Assembly: GCA_963664015.2 (NCBI GenBank)
Contig: CAXXLF010000001.1
Span: forward strand, 512,001 to 576,000
Reading direction: 5' to 3'
DNA: 64,000 nt
Origin: Candidatus Binatia bacterium
GTDB lineage: Bacteria; Desulfobacterota; Binatia; UBA9968; CAXXLF01
The notes under the pieces were generated by a model that was not told where the DNA came from, searched no databases, and saw nothing but the letters and a program-made list of their open reading frames with translations. Positions within the stretch are counted from its first letter, which is position 1. Each line of letters begins with the position of its first letter. Shown here piece by piece: positions 32,058 through 41,915 of this stretch. A program made the translations under genes and the position numbers.

Positions 32058-32629
32058 CTATACCGCCCTTTTAACGACCCAAACTGCAATCGCCTTAGGG
32101 ATCTTCGCTTTTTGCCCTTATGGCTTCTTTTCTATGAGACATTTTTTTTGCAATTGTGCAACTCTCGCCTTGGCATCGAAGATCCCCACCACTGATGGGT
32201 CCGTCTTCTTAAGCCCTTCCCTGGACTGGGGAAACATTCCCTCCACCTTACCGGATGGGCTTTCAACCTCCAACCGATCATCGGCCGCCAGCAGGGCGAT
32301 TCCTTCGCCGAAGACCGCTTTCCCGGCCTCATGTTGTCATCGTCCAGAGCGGGGAGATCCTCGTGAATCGGCGAATAGGCCGAAGCAGGATGGATCAACT
32401 CAAGGGCAGAGTAATAGGGGAGCAGTGCCTTCCGTATGGCACCGAACAACGCCCCTACGACAAAGGCAAGAATGGGCTGAAACCTCTCGCCGGTGAAGAC
32501 GCGAGCGTCCATTTTCTTGTGAAGTTTTTTCGGACAGCGCTAGGAAGTCTTGAGAGTGTGTTCCAGGGCCCGGTCTACGATCCGCCGGAATTGTTTAAAG
32601 TAGAGTTGCAAGTATAGTTGGATTTTCAT
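32058..32629 (-). pseudogene. ispA: Decayed geranyltranstransferase/FPP synthase
   Basis: Canonical position between xseB and dxs; degenerate FARM region (ALELIH..YSPIHEDLPALDDDNMRPGK), VFGEGIALLA fused to a SARM-like ADDRLEVE and an IspA C-terminus; in-frame TAG (32540-32542), a TAA, a frameshift and a large internal deletion. Confidence 0.88.
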
Positions 32630-32641
32630 TGAGGAACTAGG

Positions 32642-32905
32642 CTAGTCATCCTTCTCACGGTTTTCGTGCTCTTCCAGATCTTCCAGTGGGGAAAGTTTGA
32701 GTTTACCTTCCTTGTCCTTGACCAGCAGTTCAACTTTCTTTTCAACCTCCCCGAGTTTCTGGTTGCAGATTTTTATCAAGCGGACCCCGCTTTCGAAGGC
32801 TGCAAGGGAGTCCTCTAGGGAGAGCTCGCCGGACTCGAGTTTTTGGACCACTCCTTCGAGTTCTTCAATTGTCTCATCGAACTTCTTATCTACTCGTCGA
32901 GCCAT
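32642..32905 (-). CDS. xseB: Exodeoxyribonuclease VII small subunit
   Basis: FDE..EELE.VV.KLESGELSLEDSL..FE.G..L...C..KL..VE. Confidence 0.96.
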   Translation of the reverse strand: MARRVDKKFDETIEELEGVVQKLESGELSLEDSLAAFESGVRLIKICNQKLGEVEKKVELLVKDKEGKLKLSPLEDLEEHENREKDD

Positions 32906-32983
32906 GATCTATTCTTTTTATTGCTTAATAACCCGAATGTCTAGTGGAAAGGCCAAGCAGTCATTTGGCAATACAAACGGCAG

Positions 32984-33856
32984 CTACTCGGCGATCACCT
33001 CTTTTAGAAGCTCAAAGGGATCAACCCTGGCCTCGTTCAAACGCACTCCCCAGTGTAAATGAGGCCCCGTAACCCTACCGGTCATGCCCACTAGACCGAT
33101 GATCTTCCCTTTGCGTACTTCGGCACCTTCTCTCACACGGAACTCGGACAAATGAAAGTACATCGTATAAAGACCCCATCCGTGGTCCAGGACGATGCTC
33201 TTACCATTGAAATAAAACTCGTCCAGCAGGACCACTCTCCCATGATTGGCAGCAACGATTGGAGCACCCAGCGCGGCCCTGAGATCGACTCCGCTGTGGG
33301 GAGATCGAGGCGAGCCATTGATTACTCTACGGCGGCCGAAAGCCGATGTCTGCTCCCCCGGCACGGGAGCAACGAATGGCCCCTGCCACCAACGCCGGCC
33401 CGTCGAACGGGACCAAAGAGTTTTCATTCGCCCCTGTTCCAAGCGAATCCGCTTCAAGGTTGCTGCATCAAATTGATCAAATGCCTTGGAAACCGAGAGG
33501 CGTTCCGTTGGAAACTTTTTCTTCCTCACACGCAGGAAAACGGGGAGTTGCATTGGGCGCTGGCCGCTGGCAAGGATCATGACTTTCATGGATCCGGGCT
33601 TTTCATCGAGATCCACTCCCAGGAGGGCTTGGTAGTCACCCGAGGCGGTGGGAAAAAATGGGATGACAACCTTCTTGCGTATGGCCCGAACCCCTTCAAG
33701 TTTAGGACCCGAGACACGCACTGCAACAATTTCCCCTTGAAATGCCTCCAGCGATTCGGGCGAGATCTTGAGCGAAGAATCCGAGGCAATGATGCTCGTT
33801 GGCGCAAGGGCAAAGAAGAGTAAAGTCAAAGGCCCCAAATAGCCCAGGGTTTTCAT
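32984..33856 (-). CDS. M23 family metallopeptidase
   Basis: HSGVD, DHG.GL.T.Y.HLS, TGRVTGPHLHW; signal peptide. Confidence 0.93.
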   Translation of the reverse strand: MKTLGYLGPLTLLFFALAPTSIIASDSSLKISPESLEAFQGEIVAVRVSGPKLEGVRAIRKKVVIPFFPTASGDYQALLGVDLDEKPGSMKVMILASGQRPMQLPVFLRVRKKKFPTERLSVSKAFDQFDAATLKRIRLEQGRMKTLWSRSTGRRWWQGPFVAPVPGEQTSAFGRRRVINGSPRSPHSGVDLRAALGAPIVAANHGRVVLLDEFYFNGKSIVLDHGWGLYTMYFHLSEFRVREGAEVRKGKIIGLVGMTGRVTGPHLHWGVRLNEARVDPFELLKEVIAE

Positions 33857-35076
33857 TCGCTCTTTTCAACTTTGCACAAGGCCTGTCCCTGCGCAAAGTT
33901 GACCTGGATGAGATCGCCGCTTCTCAAGACTTGGCTATCCTTGACGATTAACCCCTGGGGCATCTTGTATGTGATGCTATAACCGCGCTCCAGGACCGCA
34001 AGAGGACTCAAACTCCCCAAGCGTGCGGCAACCGGCGCCAATCGATCTCTAAATCGCTCCAAGGAATGCTGGAAACGGCGCACCACACTCAACGAAAGCT
34101 CATCCAAACGCATTTGATTGTCTCTGAGGCGCCGCGTCGGATCCACCAGCCGGCGCTTTAAATGCTCCCACCTCTCTCTCCGCAAGGCTACCCCACCCTG
34201 GATACCGCGTAACAAACGCGCCTCGACACCGGAGATATCATCTTCAAGTTCTTGTCGCCGCGGGACGACCATCTGGGCCGCTGCTGTTGGGGTTGGAGCC
34301 CGATGGTCAGCAACAAAATCGGCGATGGTGTAGTCCACTTCATGGCCTACGGCAGAAATGACGGGAACCGATGCCTCGAAGATGGCACGTGCTACGGGCT
34401 CCTCGTTAAAAGCCCACAGGTCTTCAAGGGATCCCCCTCCTCGCCCCACAATCAGCGCGTCCACCGTTCCCGACTCACAGATTTCCCGGATTCCATTAGC
34501 AATCTCGCGGGCCGCCCCCTCTCCCTGAACTTTGACGGGACGTACGACTACCCGACGGTCGGAAAATCGATCGCCCAGGATACGCAGCATATCCCGAAGG
34601 GCGGCGCCTCTGAGTGAGGTTACGATGCCGATGGATTGGGGTAAGAACGGCAAGGGTCTCTTCCTATCCTCGTTAAAGAGCCCCTCCTCCAATAATCGTT
34701 TCTTTAACTGCTCAAAGGCGAGATAAAGGGCCCCCTGGCCCCTGGGCTCGATGGCCTCCACATAGAGCTGAAGATCCCCACGGACCGGATAAAGGCTCAC
34801 ACGCCCATAACAGAGCACTTCCATGCCGTTCTCAGGCAGAAAGCTCAAACCATGAACATTACTCCGAAAGGCAACTGCAGCTAGCTGGCTTTTGTCGTCC
34901 TTTAACGTGAAATAGAAATGACCGGAGGGGGGCACACGAAAGTTAGAGATTTCACCAAGCACCCAAAAGGGTTCAAGCTCCCTTTCCAGGGTCCCCTTAA
35001 CGACCTGGTTAACTTCACTGACGGTCAATATGGACTGGGATCCACCCGTGAGCGACAGCTCTCGTTCCCTGGTCAC
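33853..35076 (-). CDS. xseA: Exodeoxyribonuclease VII large subunit
   Basis: GEISNF...SGHFYFTLKD, RGGGSLEDLWAFNEE, SAVGHE.D.TIADFVAD.RAPTPTAAA. Confidence 0.97.
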   Translation of the reverse strand: MTRERELSLTGGSQSILTVSEVNQVVKGTLERELEPFWVLGEISNFRVPPSGHFYFTLKDDKSQLAAVAFRSNVHGLSFLPENGMEVLCYGRVSLYPVRGDLQLYVEAIEPRGQGALYLAFEQLKKRLLEEGLFNEDRKRPLPFLPQSIGIVTSLRGAALRDMLRILGDRFSDRRVVVRPVKVQGEGAAREIANGIREICESGTVDALIVGRGGGSLEDLWAFNEEPVARAIFEASVPVISAVGHEVDYTIADFVADHRAPTPTAAAQMVVPRRQELEDDISGVEARLLRGIQGGVALRRERWEHLKRRLVDPTRRLRDNQMRLDELSLSVVRRFQHSLERFRDRLAPVAARLGSLSPLAVLERGYSITYKMPQGLIVKDSQVLRSGDLIQVNFAQGQALCKVEKSE

Positions 35077-35316
35077 GGTTCCTCCTGAAACACTGAGATT
35101 TCTCTATCAGCATGGACGGCGATGGGAATTTGAATGGTCTGGATGGGCATTCACTGCGCAGAACAGAATAGATACGAGCGCCAATTCTCCCGCACATGAA
35201 TGAATCACACTAGCGATGGGCATCCCCTGGCACTGGAATTCTCCATTGTACCCATGGATAGGGAACCGAGCCACCGGGCGTCATCGAACAGTTTGATCTA
35301 TCAGGTCGACTTGCGA

Positions 35317-36645
35317 TCAGGCGGCCTTTTTCTTTTCCGGGACCAATTGTTTGAAAACCTCCCACCCCTTCAATAGCTCCAAGGCCCGCTTCAATTGAAC
35401 ATCGTTCTCGATACTGCGCTCCGAACTCAACGGGGGCACCTTTTGCTCCTTATCTTTCTCATCGTCCTGTTCCAGATGACCAGGGAGATTTTCCTCTCTC
35501 ACGGTTGGTCTCGGGGCTTTGGACCGCGCTTCTTTCTGCGGAAGGTTTTCTTGCACAATATCGGGTTCGATCCCCGTGGCCTGTATCGAACGACCATTCG
35601 GAGTGAAATATCTGGCGGTGGTAAGACGCAAAGCCGATCGATCATCCAGTGGGAGGATGGTCTGTACGGACCCTTTGCCAAAGGTCTTGGTACCAAGGAC
35701 AATAGCCCGCTTGTGGTCCTGCATGGCCCCCGCTACGATTTCCGAGGCGCTGGCACTCCCACCGTTAACCAAGATGACCATGGGGAACTCGGTCAAGGTT
35801 TTATTCTTGTGCGCATGAAATTTTTGTTTCTGGTTCGCCATCCGTCCTTCCGTATAAACGATGAGTCCCGATTCGAGAAACAAATCGGAGACCTGAACGG
35901 CCTGGGTTAGAAGGCCACCAGGGTTATTGCGCAGATCCAGCACCAGACCTTTGAGCTCGCCCCCTTCTTTACGCAGCTTTTCTATTGCATCCGATACATC
36001 CCGGTCAGTGCGTTGCTGGAACTGAGCGATCCGCACGTACCCATAGTCTTTTTCCAGCATGCGGGAACGCACGCTACGGATTCGGATTGTATCGCGAATG
36101 ATCGTAAGATCCAGCAGTTCGGGTGTCCCCTCTCTCTTCACTGAGATCGTGATTTTAGTACCCTGGACGCCACGCATCTTCTTGACGGCCCGCATCAGGG
36201 TCATGTCCTTGGTGTACTCACTCTCAATCTTGATGATCTGATCGCCGGCCTTGATCCCGACTTTGAAGGCAGGGGTATCCTCAATGGGAGACACCACGGT
36301 CAAGACCCCGTCTCTGACGGTGATCTCAATCCCCAGGCCTCCGAACTTGCCCTGAGTATCCATCTGAAGCTCTTTATAGAGATCTGGCGTCAGGTAGGTG
36401 CTGTGCGGGTCCAGCGAATCAAGCATACCGTCGATCGCCCCAAGGAGTAGGTCCTTGGTCTCGACATCGTCAACGTAGTTCTTCCTGACAATGGCCAGGA
36501 TATTAGTGAAGATTTCTAAAGTCTCATACTCGCTACGGGCAATCGCCAGAACGTTGGACACCGCCCGACCACTGAGCGAGAATCCGACCCCCATGGAGAC
36601 CAGTACCAGCAGGACCAAGGAAGCGTATTTCTTTAGAAACTGCAT
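35317..36645 (-). CDS. ctpA: Carboxy-terminal processing protease (S41A, PDZ domain)
   Basis: LDPHS, FGGLGIEI, DLRNNPGG, SASASEI, TFGKGSVQ; alternative start at 36675. Confidence 0.95.
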   Translation of the reverse strand: MQFLKKYASLVLLVLVSMGVGFSLSGRAVSNVLAIARSEYETLEIFTNILAIVRKNYVDDVETKDLLLGAIDGMLDSLDPHSTYLTPDLYKELQMDTQGKFGGLGIEITVRDGVLTVVSPIEDTPAFKVGIKAGDQIIKIESEYTKDMTLMRAVKKMRGVQGTKITISVKREGTPELLDLTIIRDTIRIRSVRSRMLEKDYGYVRIAQFQQRTDRDVSDAIEKLRKEGGELKGLVLDLRNNPGGLLTQAVQVSDLFLESGLIVYTEGRMANQKQKFHAHKNKTLTEFPMVILVNGGSASASEIVAGAMQDHKRAIVLGTKTFGKGSVQTILPLDDRSALRLTTARYFTPNGRSIQATGIEPDIVQENLPQKEARSKAPRPTVREENLPGHLEQDDEKDKEQKVPPLSSERSIENDVQLKRALELLKGWEVFKQLVPEKKKAA

Positions 36646-36699
36646 TGCGATTCCCTTCAAGTAATGTCGCTCCATCTTATCCTAAATGAATTCAAATAT

Positions 36700-37860
36700 C
36701 TAACGCTTTCTGAACCAGGGGAGGGGGTCCAGGGGCTTACCATCCTTTCGGATTTCAAAGTAAAGTCGGGCCCCCTTGAGCGAGCCGCTGTCCCCCACCA
36801 GAGCGATGGGTTCACCCTTCGCGACTGAATTTCCCGTCTGCTTGAGTAGCTCCAAGAGATGGGCGTATACTGTATAGTATCGTTTCCCATGGTCGACAAT
36901 CATCATCTTCCCGTATCCCGAAAAGCGGTTCGCAAAGATGACCTTTCCGCGTTCTACGGTTTTAATCTCCTCCCCCAATGGGGCCTCGATATCGATGCCT
37001 TTACGGAACAGATTGGCCGAGAATTCAGGGTGCTTAGTGATTCCGAAGGCGCCCACAACCTTGCCCCTAATGGGATAGTCAAGCTTTCCCTTGAGGGCTC
37101 CAAATCCTTCCCAGGGAAACGATTGTGCGGACTTCTCAGTCATCTGGCGGCCTATATGATCCATCATATTCTGCAGCCTCCCGGCTGCTTGTTCCAACTC
37201 CTTCAGGGCCCGGATACGCACCTTCCGTTCCCCCCGAAGCTTGTTCAGAATGACCCTTTTCTTGTCCTTTTCCTTGCGAATGGCCGCTTTGGCGCGGACC
37301 AAGGTCATACGCTCCCTATCCAGGCTTTTCCGGCTTTTTGCCAGTTTGTCTTTGAGTCCTTTTTCCCGATCCAAATCCGATAGCAGCTCCCCCAGCAGGG
37401 CCTGATCCTTGGCCAGCATTAATTCCAGGTAATGTTTCCTGCGCATGAGGTCGCCGATGGTCAATCCCCCGTTGAGCAGGATAAACGGGCTCCCACCCCT
37501 TTGCCATTTATAGAGTGCCTCGGCCCTTTTCTTGAGCAGTTTTCTGCGTTCCTGAAGTGAATAGGATACCCGAAGAAGTGACTTTTCTGTTTCCTGCAGA
37601 TCACCAATGATACTGGTCTCTCTCAAGCTGATGTTTTTTAACCGTCTATTTCTACGGTCGAGCTCGGTGTCAATTTTTTCCAATGCTCCAAGGACCGATT
37701 TTTCCTTCCGCTGAACCTTCGAGATCCCTGCCTTTTCCTGTGTAATCCGCTTCTTGACCCCCTCAAGTCGCCCCTTAACATCAGCCCCATAAGCGACTGG
37801 ATTTATGGCATAAAGTAGGCCTACAAAAAGCGCTGCAGCTTGCCGGACCCCGATCTTCAT
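36700..37860 (-). CDS. envC: Murein hydrolase activator EnvC-like (coiled coil plus degenerate M23)
   Basis: Long coiled coil; M23 domain lacking zinc ligands (RKGIDI, RLYFEIR); ATGA overlap with ftsX gives start 37860. Confidence 0.88.
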   Translation of the reverse strand: MKIGVRQAAALFVGLLYAINPVAYGADVKGRLEGVKKRITQEKAGISKVQRKEKSVLGALEKIDTELDRRNRRLKNISLRETSIIGDLQETEKSLLRVSYSLQERRKLLKKRAEALYKWQRGGSPFILLNGGLTIGDLMRRKHYLELMLAKDQALLGELLSDLDREKGLKDKLAKSRKSLDRERMTLVRAKAAIRKEKDKKRVILNKLRGERKVRIRALKELEQAAGRLQNMMDHIGRQMTEKSAQSFPWEGFGALKGKLDYPIRGKVVGAFGITKHPEFSANLFRKGIDIEAPLGEEIKTVERGKVIFANRFSGYGKMMIVDHGKRYYTVYAHLLELLKQTGNSVAKGEPIALVGDSGSLKGARLYFEIRKDGKPLDPLPWFRKR

Positions 37861-38756
37861 ACGGTAAGAAACTTTCTCAGCGAGAATAGGGTCCCCAGGG
37901 CGCCCAGGCTCCACCCGAGAAGGAGCAGGGACAGAATTTGCCATGGGTCGAGATAGTACAATTGCCCCTGGGGCATCAGGATCCCAAGGGAGGAAGGCAA
38001 CCGAGCGCCCAGAAAGATCAACAGAAACCAAAGCAAAAGCAACGCAAGGGAAGCACCCGACAAGCCCTGAATCATCCCTTCAATGACAAACGGTGCTTTG
38101 ATCATCCCGTTGGAAGCTCCCACCAACTGCATAATTTCAATTTCATCCTTGCGGGAGATGATCGCTAGCTTCACCGTACTCCCCACAATCAGCAGCGAAG
38201 CTACAAAGAGAAACCCTCCAAAGATCCACTTGGCCCATTGCACCGCGATCAGAAGCAGACTCAACTTCTCGATCCATTCCTGTGGGTACTCGACGACACC
38301 GATTCCCTTGATGCCTTTTAGGCGGCTGGCCAATTCCTCGACCTTGGTCCGCTGGCGATACTCCTTCTTGAGTGAAATCTCCAGTGATGAAGGCAGCAGG
38401 TTTTTTTCCAGACCCTCGAGCACTCCCGACTGGGCACCCAAATCCCTTCTAAAACTCTCCAAGGCCTCCTTTTTCGATACAAACCGGATCCCTTCCACCT
38501 CGGGGTAGGCTTGCACGGTCTTTTGCAAAGTGGCCAAATCGGACGGCTTGAGACCTTCCTCCAGGTAGACAAAGATCTGGAGCTGCTGCCCCCATCCATG
38601 AAAGAGCCGATGAAGATTTTCCTGTAGCAGGAGAAACCCGCCAAAGACGAACAGGGTCATGGCCATCGTTCCGCAGGTCAGGACATGGGTCCAAAGGAGA
38701 TCCCTCAGGCTCAACAGGACCCGACGAAGTACAAAGGGGACATAGGTCAAGCTCAC
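37857..38756 (-). CDS. ftsX: Cell division permease FtsX
   Basis: Four TMs, FVSKKEAL, LPSS.EI, RKDEIEIMQLVGAS..IKAPF..EG. Confidence 0.93.
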   Translation of the reverse strand: MSLTYVPFVLRRVLLSLRDLLWTHVLTCGTMAMTLFVFGGFLLLQENLHRLFHGWGQQLQIFVYLEEGLKPSDLATLQKTVQAYPEVEGIRFVSKKEALESFRRDLGAQSGVLEGLEKNLLPSSLEISLKKEYRQRTKVEELASRLKGIKGIGVVEYPQEWIEKLSLLLIAVQWAKWIFGGFLFVASLLIVGSTVKLAIISRKDEIEIMQLVGASNGMIKAPFVIEGMIQGLSGASLALLLLWFLLIFLGARLPSSLGILMPQGQLYYLDPWQILSLLLLGWSLGALGTLFSLRKFLTV

Positions 38757-39442
38757 TCCTCCCCTCCCCCCTCAGGGAACTTGGAGTCACCCACGATACA
38801 TCCCCGCTGCAGCGAGACCACCCTCAGGTTAAACTGCTGGAGCAGCCGCGTATCATGTGTGGCAATAACGATCGTTGTCTGCTGTTGGTGTATTCTGAGA
38901 AAGAGACGCATAATCTCATCGGCCATTTCTGGATCCAGATTGCCCGTGGGCTCGTCGGCCAGGACCAAGGCCGGCTGATTGACCAGTGCCCGGGCAATCG
39001 CCACCCTTTGCTGCTCCCCCCCGGAAAGCACCGGAGGCAAAGCGTCGTATCTATCTTTGAGCCCCAGTTCACGTAAAAGGTTAAAGGCCTTGCGGTTACT
39101 CTCCCTTCTCGATGTCCCAACGACCTCTGCAGCTAGGGCAACGTTTTCTAGAACTGTCATGTACGGGATAAGCTTGAAGTCTTGAAAGACCAATCCGATT
39201 TCTCGTCTGAACTTAGACAGGCCGGCACCGTGCAACCGGGTGATGTTTCGACCACTGACAATGATCTGCCCTTCCACGGCCTCTTCCGCCCGGAAGAGCA
39301 GCTTCAACAGCGTGGTCTTACCGGCCCCACTGGGACCGTTTAGAAAGACAAATTCGCCTTTGTCGATTTGCAGACGAATGTCGGTAAGCGCCGGATAATT
39401 GGGAGGATAAACTTTGGAGACACGATAGAGTTGAATCATCAA
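38753..39442 (-). CDS. ftsE: Cell division ATP-binding protein FtsE
   Basis: GPSGAGKTT, VFQDFKL, LSGGEQQR, LADEPTGNLD; upstream of ftsX. Confidence 0.95.
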   Translation of the reverse strand: MMIQLYRVSKVYPPNYPALTDIRLQIDKGEFVFLNGPSGAGKTTLLKLLFRAEEAVEGQIIVSGRNITRLHGAGLSKFRREIGLVFQDFKLIPYMTVLENVALAAEVVGTSRRESNRKAFNLLRELGLKDRYDALPPVLSGGEQQRVAIARALVNQPALVLADEPTGNLDPEMADEIMRLFLRIHQQQTTIVIATHDTRLLQQFNLRVVSLQRGCIVGDSKFPEGGGEE

Positions 39443-39482
39443 AAAGTGTGGCCAGGCAAGGGAAATTCCCGGGAGAATAGGC

Positions 39483-39511
39483 TTGACACCTTTCTAGGGA
39501 ATTGGTAGCGT
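39483..39511 (+). promoter_or_regulatory. Sigma70-like promoter for the radical SAM gene
   Basis: TTGACA-17 nt-TAGCGT. Confidence 0.55.
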
Positions 39512-39617
39512 CAAAAGATAATTATAATTATAGATACTCATACCATAAATCACATTTAGAATGTTACGGAAACTTACAGGGGCTTCCGGTTAACAGCAAA
39601 AGGCGCTAATCAACCTA

Positions 39618-41843
39618 ATGGGACAAAAAGTTATTAAAAAACTTAAGGTTATTCTCATTAAGCCATCCAAGTACGACGACAGCGGTTACATCATCCGATT
39701 CTGGAAGGGTGTCCTTCCGAGTAACACGTTGAACGTACTCAACGGTCTCACCGAAGACGTCAAGAGACGCAAGGCCTTTGGCGATCTCAAAATCGAAATC
39801 GAAACCTATGACGAGACCTCCCAAAAGGTCCCGATAAAAAAGATCATTCGCTGGAGCCGACAATCGTCGGTCAAGCTCGTGGTTGGATTGGTGGGGGTAC
39901 AGACCAACCAGTTTCCCAGGGCATTCGACATGGGAAAACAGTTCCGGGCGGCTGGGATCGATGTCATCATGGGCGGTTTCCACACCAGCGGTACCCTGAA
40001 CATGCTCGGAGAACAAGAGCCCGAAATTCAAGAACTGCGCAACGCGGGTATTTGCATTGTGGCTGGTGAAGTAGAGGGCAAATGGGAGGGAATCCTTGCG
40101 GACGCCCTACATGGGGAACTCAAGCCCGTTTATTCCTTTTCCCAAGACCTTCTCAACTTAGTGGATATAAGTGACGCCCCGGCCCCTATGATGAACACCC
40201 AAACCATGAGCCATTTTGCCTACCCGGCTTTTGGAACCATGGATACCTCCCGCGGCTGTCCCTTTGCGTGTAGCTTCTGCACAATCATCAACGTGCAGGG
40301 GCGTAAGATGCGCGAGCGAAGCCCTGAAAGCGTCGCCGAGATAATGCGCACGAACTATCGTGAACACGGTGTCCATTTCTATTTCTTTACCGACGATAAC
40401 TTCGCTCGTAAAAAACTCTGGCGCCAGACATTTGAGGCCATGATTGCCCTTCGTGAGGAAGGCACGGACATCCACTTTATGATGCAAGTGGATCTGGCCC
40501 GTAAACCGAAGGGGTTCGTAGAGCTGGCTGCCAAAGCCGGATGCACCCATGTTTTTATAGGCATGGAAAGCGTCAATCCGGAAAATCTCAAAGCCGAGGG
40601 GAAAGCTCAAAATGACGTCGACGATTATCCCGGCATCGTCCAAGAATGGCATGACGTGGAGATAACCGTTCATACAGGGTACATCATCGGCCTTCCCTTT
40701 GACACCAAGGAACAAACGGCCCGAGATGTTGATTACCTCAAGGATGTGCTGCAGCCGGACATGGCCTCTTTCTTCATGCTCACTCCCTTGCCCGGATCTC
40801 ATGACCACCGGGAGATGAAAAAGGCTGGCGAATGGATGGATCCTGACTTCAACAAGAGGGACTCCTTCCATGCAACGATACGACATTCCAACATGACAAC
40901 CGATGAATGGACCGACGCGTACAATAATGCCTGGAGCCAATTCTACGGCAAGGAGAACCTGATTCGTATCATGTCGCGCTGGAGCAACAACCCCCGTATG
41001 TACTGGGCCATGATGTCAAACCTAATCTGGTACAAGAACGCTGCCCTGATTGAGATGCAGCACCCCATGGTCGCAGGCTTTTTCCGCCTCAAGGATCGAC
41101 GGCAACGTCAGCCTGGATATGCTGTCGAGTCGATCCCCGTTCATCTGTGGAAGCGAAGCAAAGATGTTTTCAACCTCTTCGTTTCCTGGGCCAAGCTGCT
41201 CAAAGAAATGGAAGACGTCTGGCTTCAAACACGAAAGAAGAGCGAGCGTGAGGAAAGATGGTTGGAGGAAATCCAGAAGATCCAAGGGGAGGTCTGGCAG
41301 ACCCTTCGCATCGCCGAATGGCGCAAAATCTATAACAACGCCAAAGAGAGCCTCCCGGCAAAAGCCAAGGCCCTGTTGGATCCCTTCGAAGAGCTTTCTT
41401 CCAAGATCCTTTTTTCCCGAAAAGACCTAAACCGATTCCTCAAGCAATGGGAAGGCCTGCAGGGACGCCTCCAAGAGCTACGCCGTAGCCTCGCGGTGGA
41501 GGGAGAGGCCGTCGGGAAGTGGCTGGACGAACTGAGCAAGCAACAGGAGAGTATTCGAGTGGGAAGCAGAATCAGAGAATGGCAGGAACATTACACCCGT
41601 CTGAGGCGCAGCTTGCCATCAAAATTACAGCTTTACCATGTCCGGTTTGACGCCTTCAGCAACCGTGCTGTTTATTCACGCCAGGACCTGCAGAGGTTCT
41701 GGTGCAGCACCGTGCATAACCTTCGTAAACTGAAACTCTGGCATATCCGCCCGGTTGCCCTGATCACCGCAATCTATAAAGACTTCGTGCTCACAACTTC
41801 TTTCGCCCTCCACTTCAGCAGGGACCCGAACCGCTTGCATTAG
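39618..41843 (+). CDS. Cobalamin-binding radical SAM protein with long C-terminal helical extension
   Basis: B12-domain motifs (MGGFH, VAGEVEG), SRGCPFACSFC (CxxxCxxC), FFTDDNF, FIGMES, YIIGLP, LTPLPGS. Confidence 0.9.
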   Translation: MGQKVIKKLKVILIKPSKYDDSGYIIRFWKGVLPSNTLNVLNGLTEDVKRRKAFGDLKIEIETYDETSQKVPIKKIIRWSRQSSVKLVVGLVGVQTNQFPRAFDMGKQFRAAGIDVIMGGFHTSGTLNMLGEQEPEIQELRNAGICIVAGEVEGKWEGILADALHGELKPVYSFSQDLLNLVDISDAPAPMMNTQTMSHFAYPAFGTMDTSRGCPFACSFCTIINVQGRKMRERSPESVAEIMRTNYREHGVHFYFFTDDNFARKKLWRQTFEAMIALREEGTDIHFMMQVDLARKPKGFVELAAKAGCTHVFIGMESVNPENLKAEGKAQNDVDDYPGIVQEWHDVEITVHTGYIIGLPFDTKEQTARDVDYLKDVLQPDMASFFMLTPLPGSHDHREMKKAGEWMDPDFNKRDSFHATIRHSNMTTDEWTDAYNNAWSQFYGKENLIRIMSRWSNNPRMYWAMMSNLIWYKNAALIEMQHPMVAGFFRLKDRRQRQPGYAVESIPVHLWKRSKDVFNLFVSWAKLLKEMEDVWLQTRKKSEREERWLEEIQKIQGEVWQTLRIAEWRKIYNNAKESLPAKAKALLDPFEELSSKILFSRKDLNRFLKQWEGLQGRLQELRRSLAVEGEAVGKWLDELSKQQESIRVGSRIREWQEHYTRLRRSLPSKLQLYHVRFDAFSNRAVYSRQDLQRFWCSTVHNLRKLKLWHIRPVALITAIYKDFVLTTSFALHFSRDPNRLH

Positions 41844-41915
41844 CGCTCCTAAGCATCGGTGTCCTTCAACGAGGATTCACACCGGCTATCGCTGAGGAGA
41901 AGTTCCCGGAGCCTG

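Noticed and set aside
32032-32617. Plus-strand ORFs 32032-32496 and 32255-32617 as novel genes
   Set aside because: The region is explained by the minus-strand ispA relic
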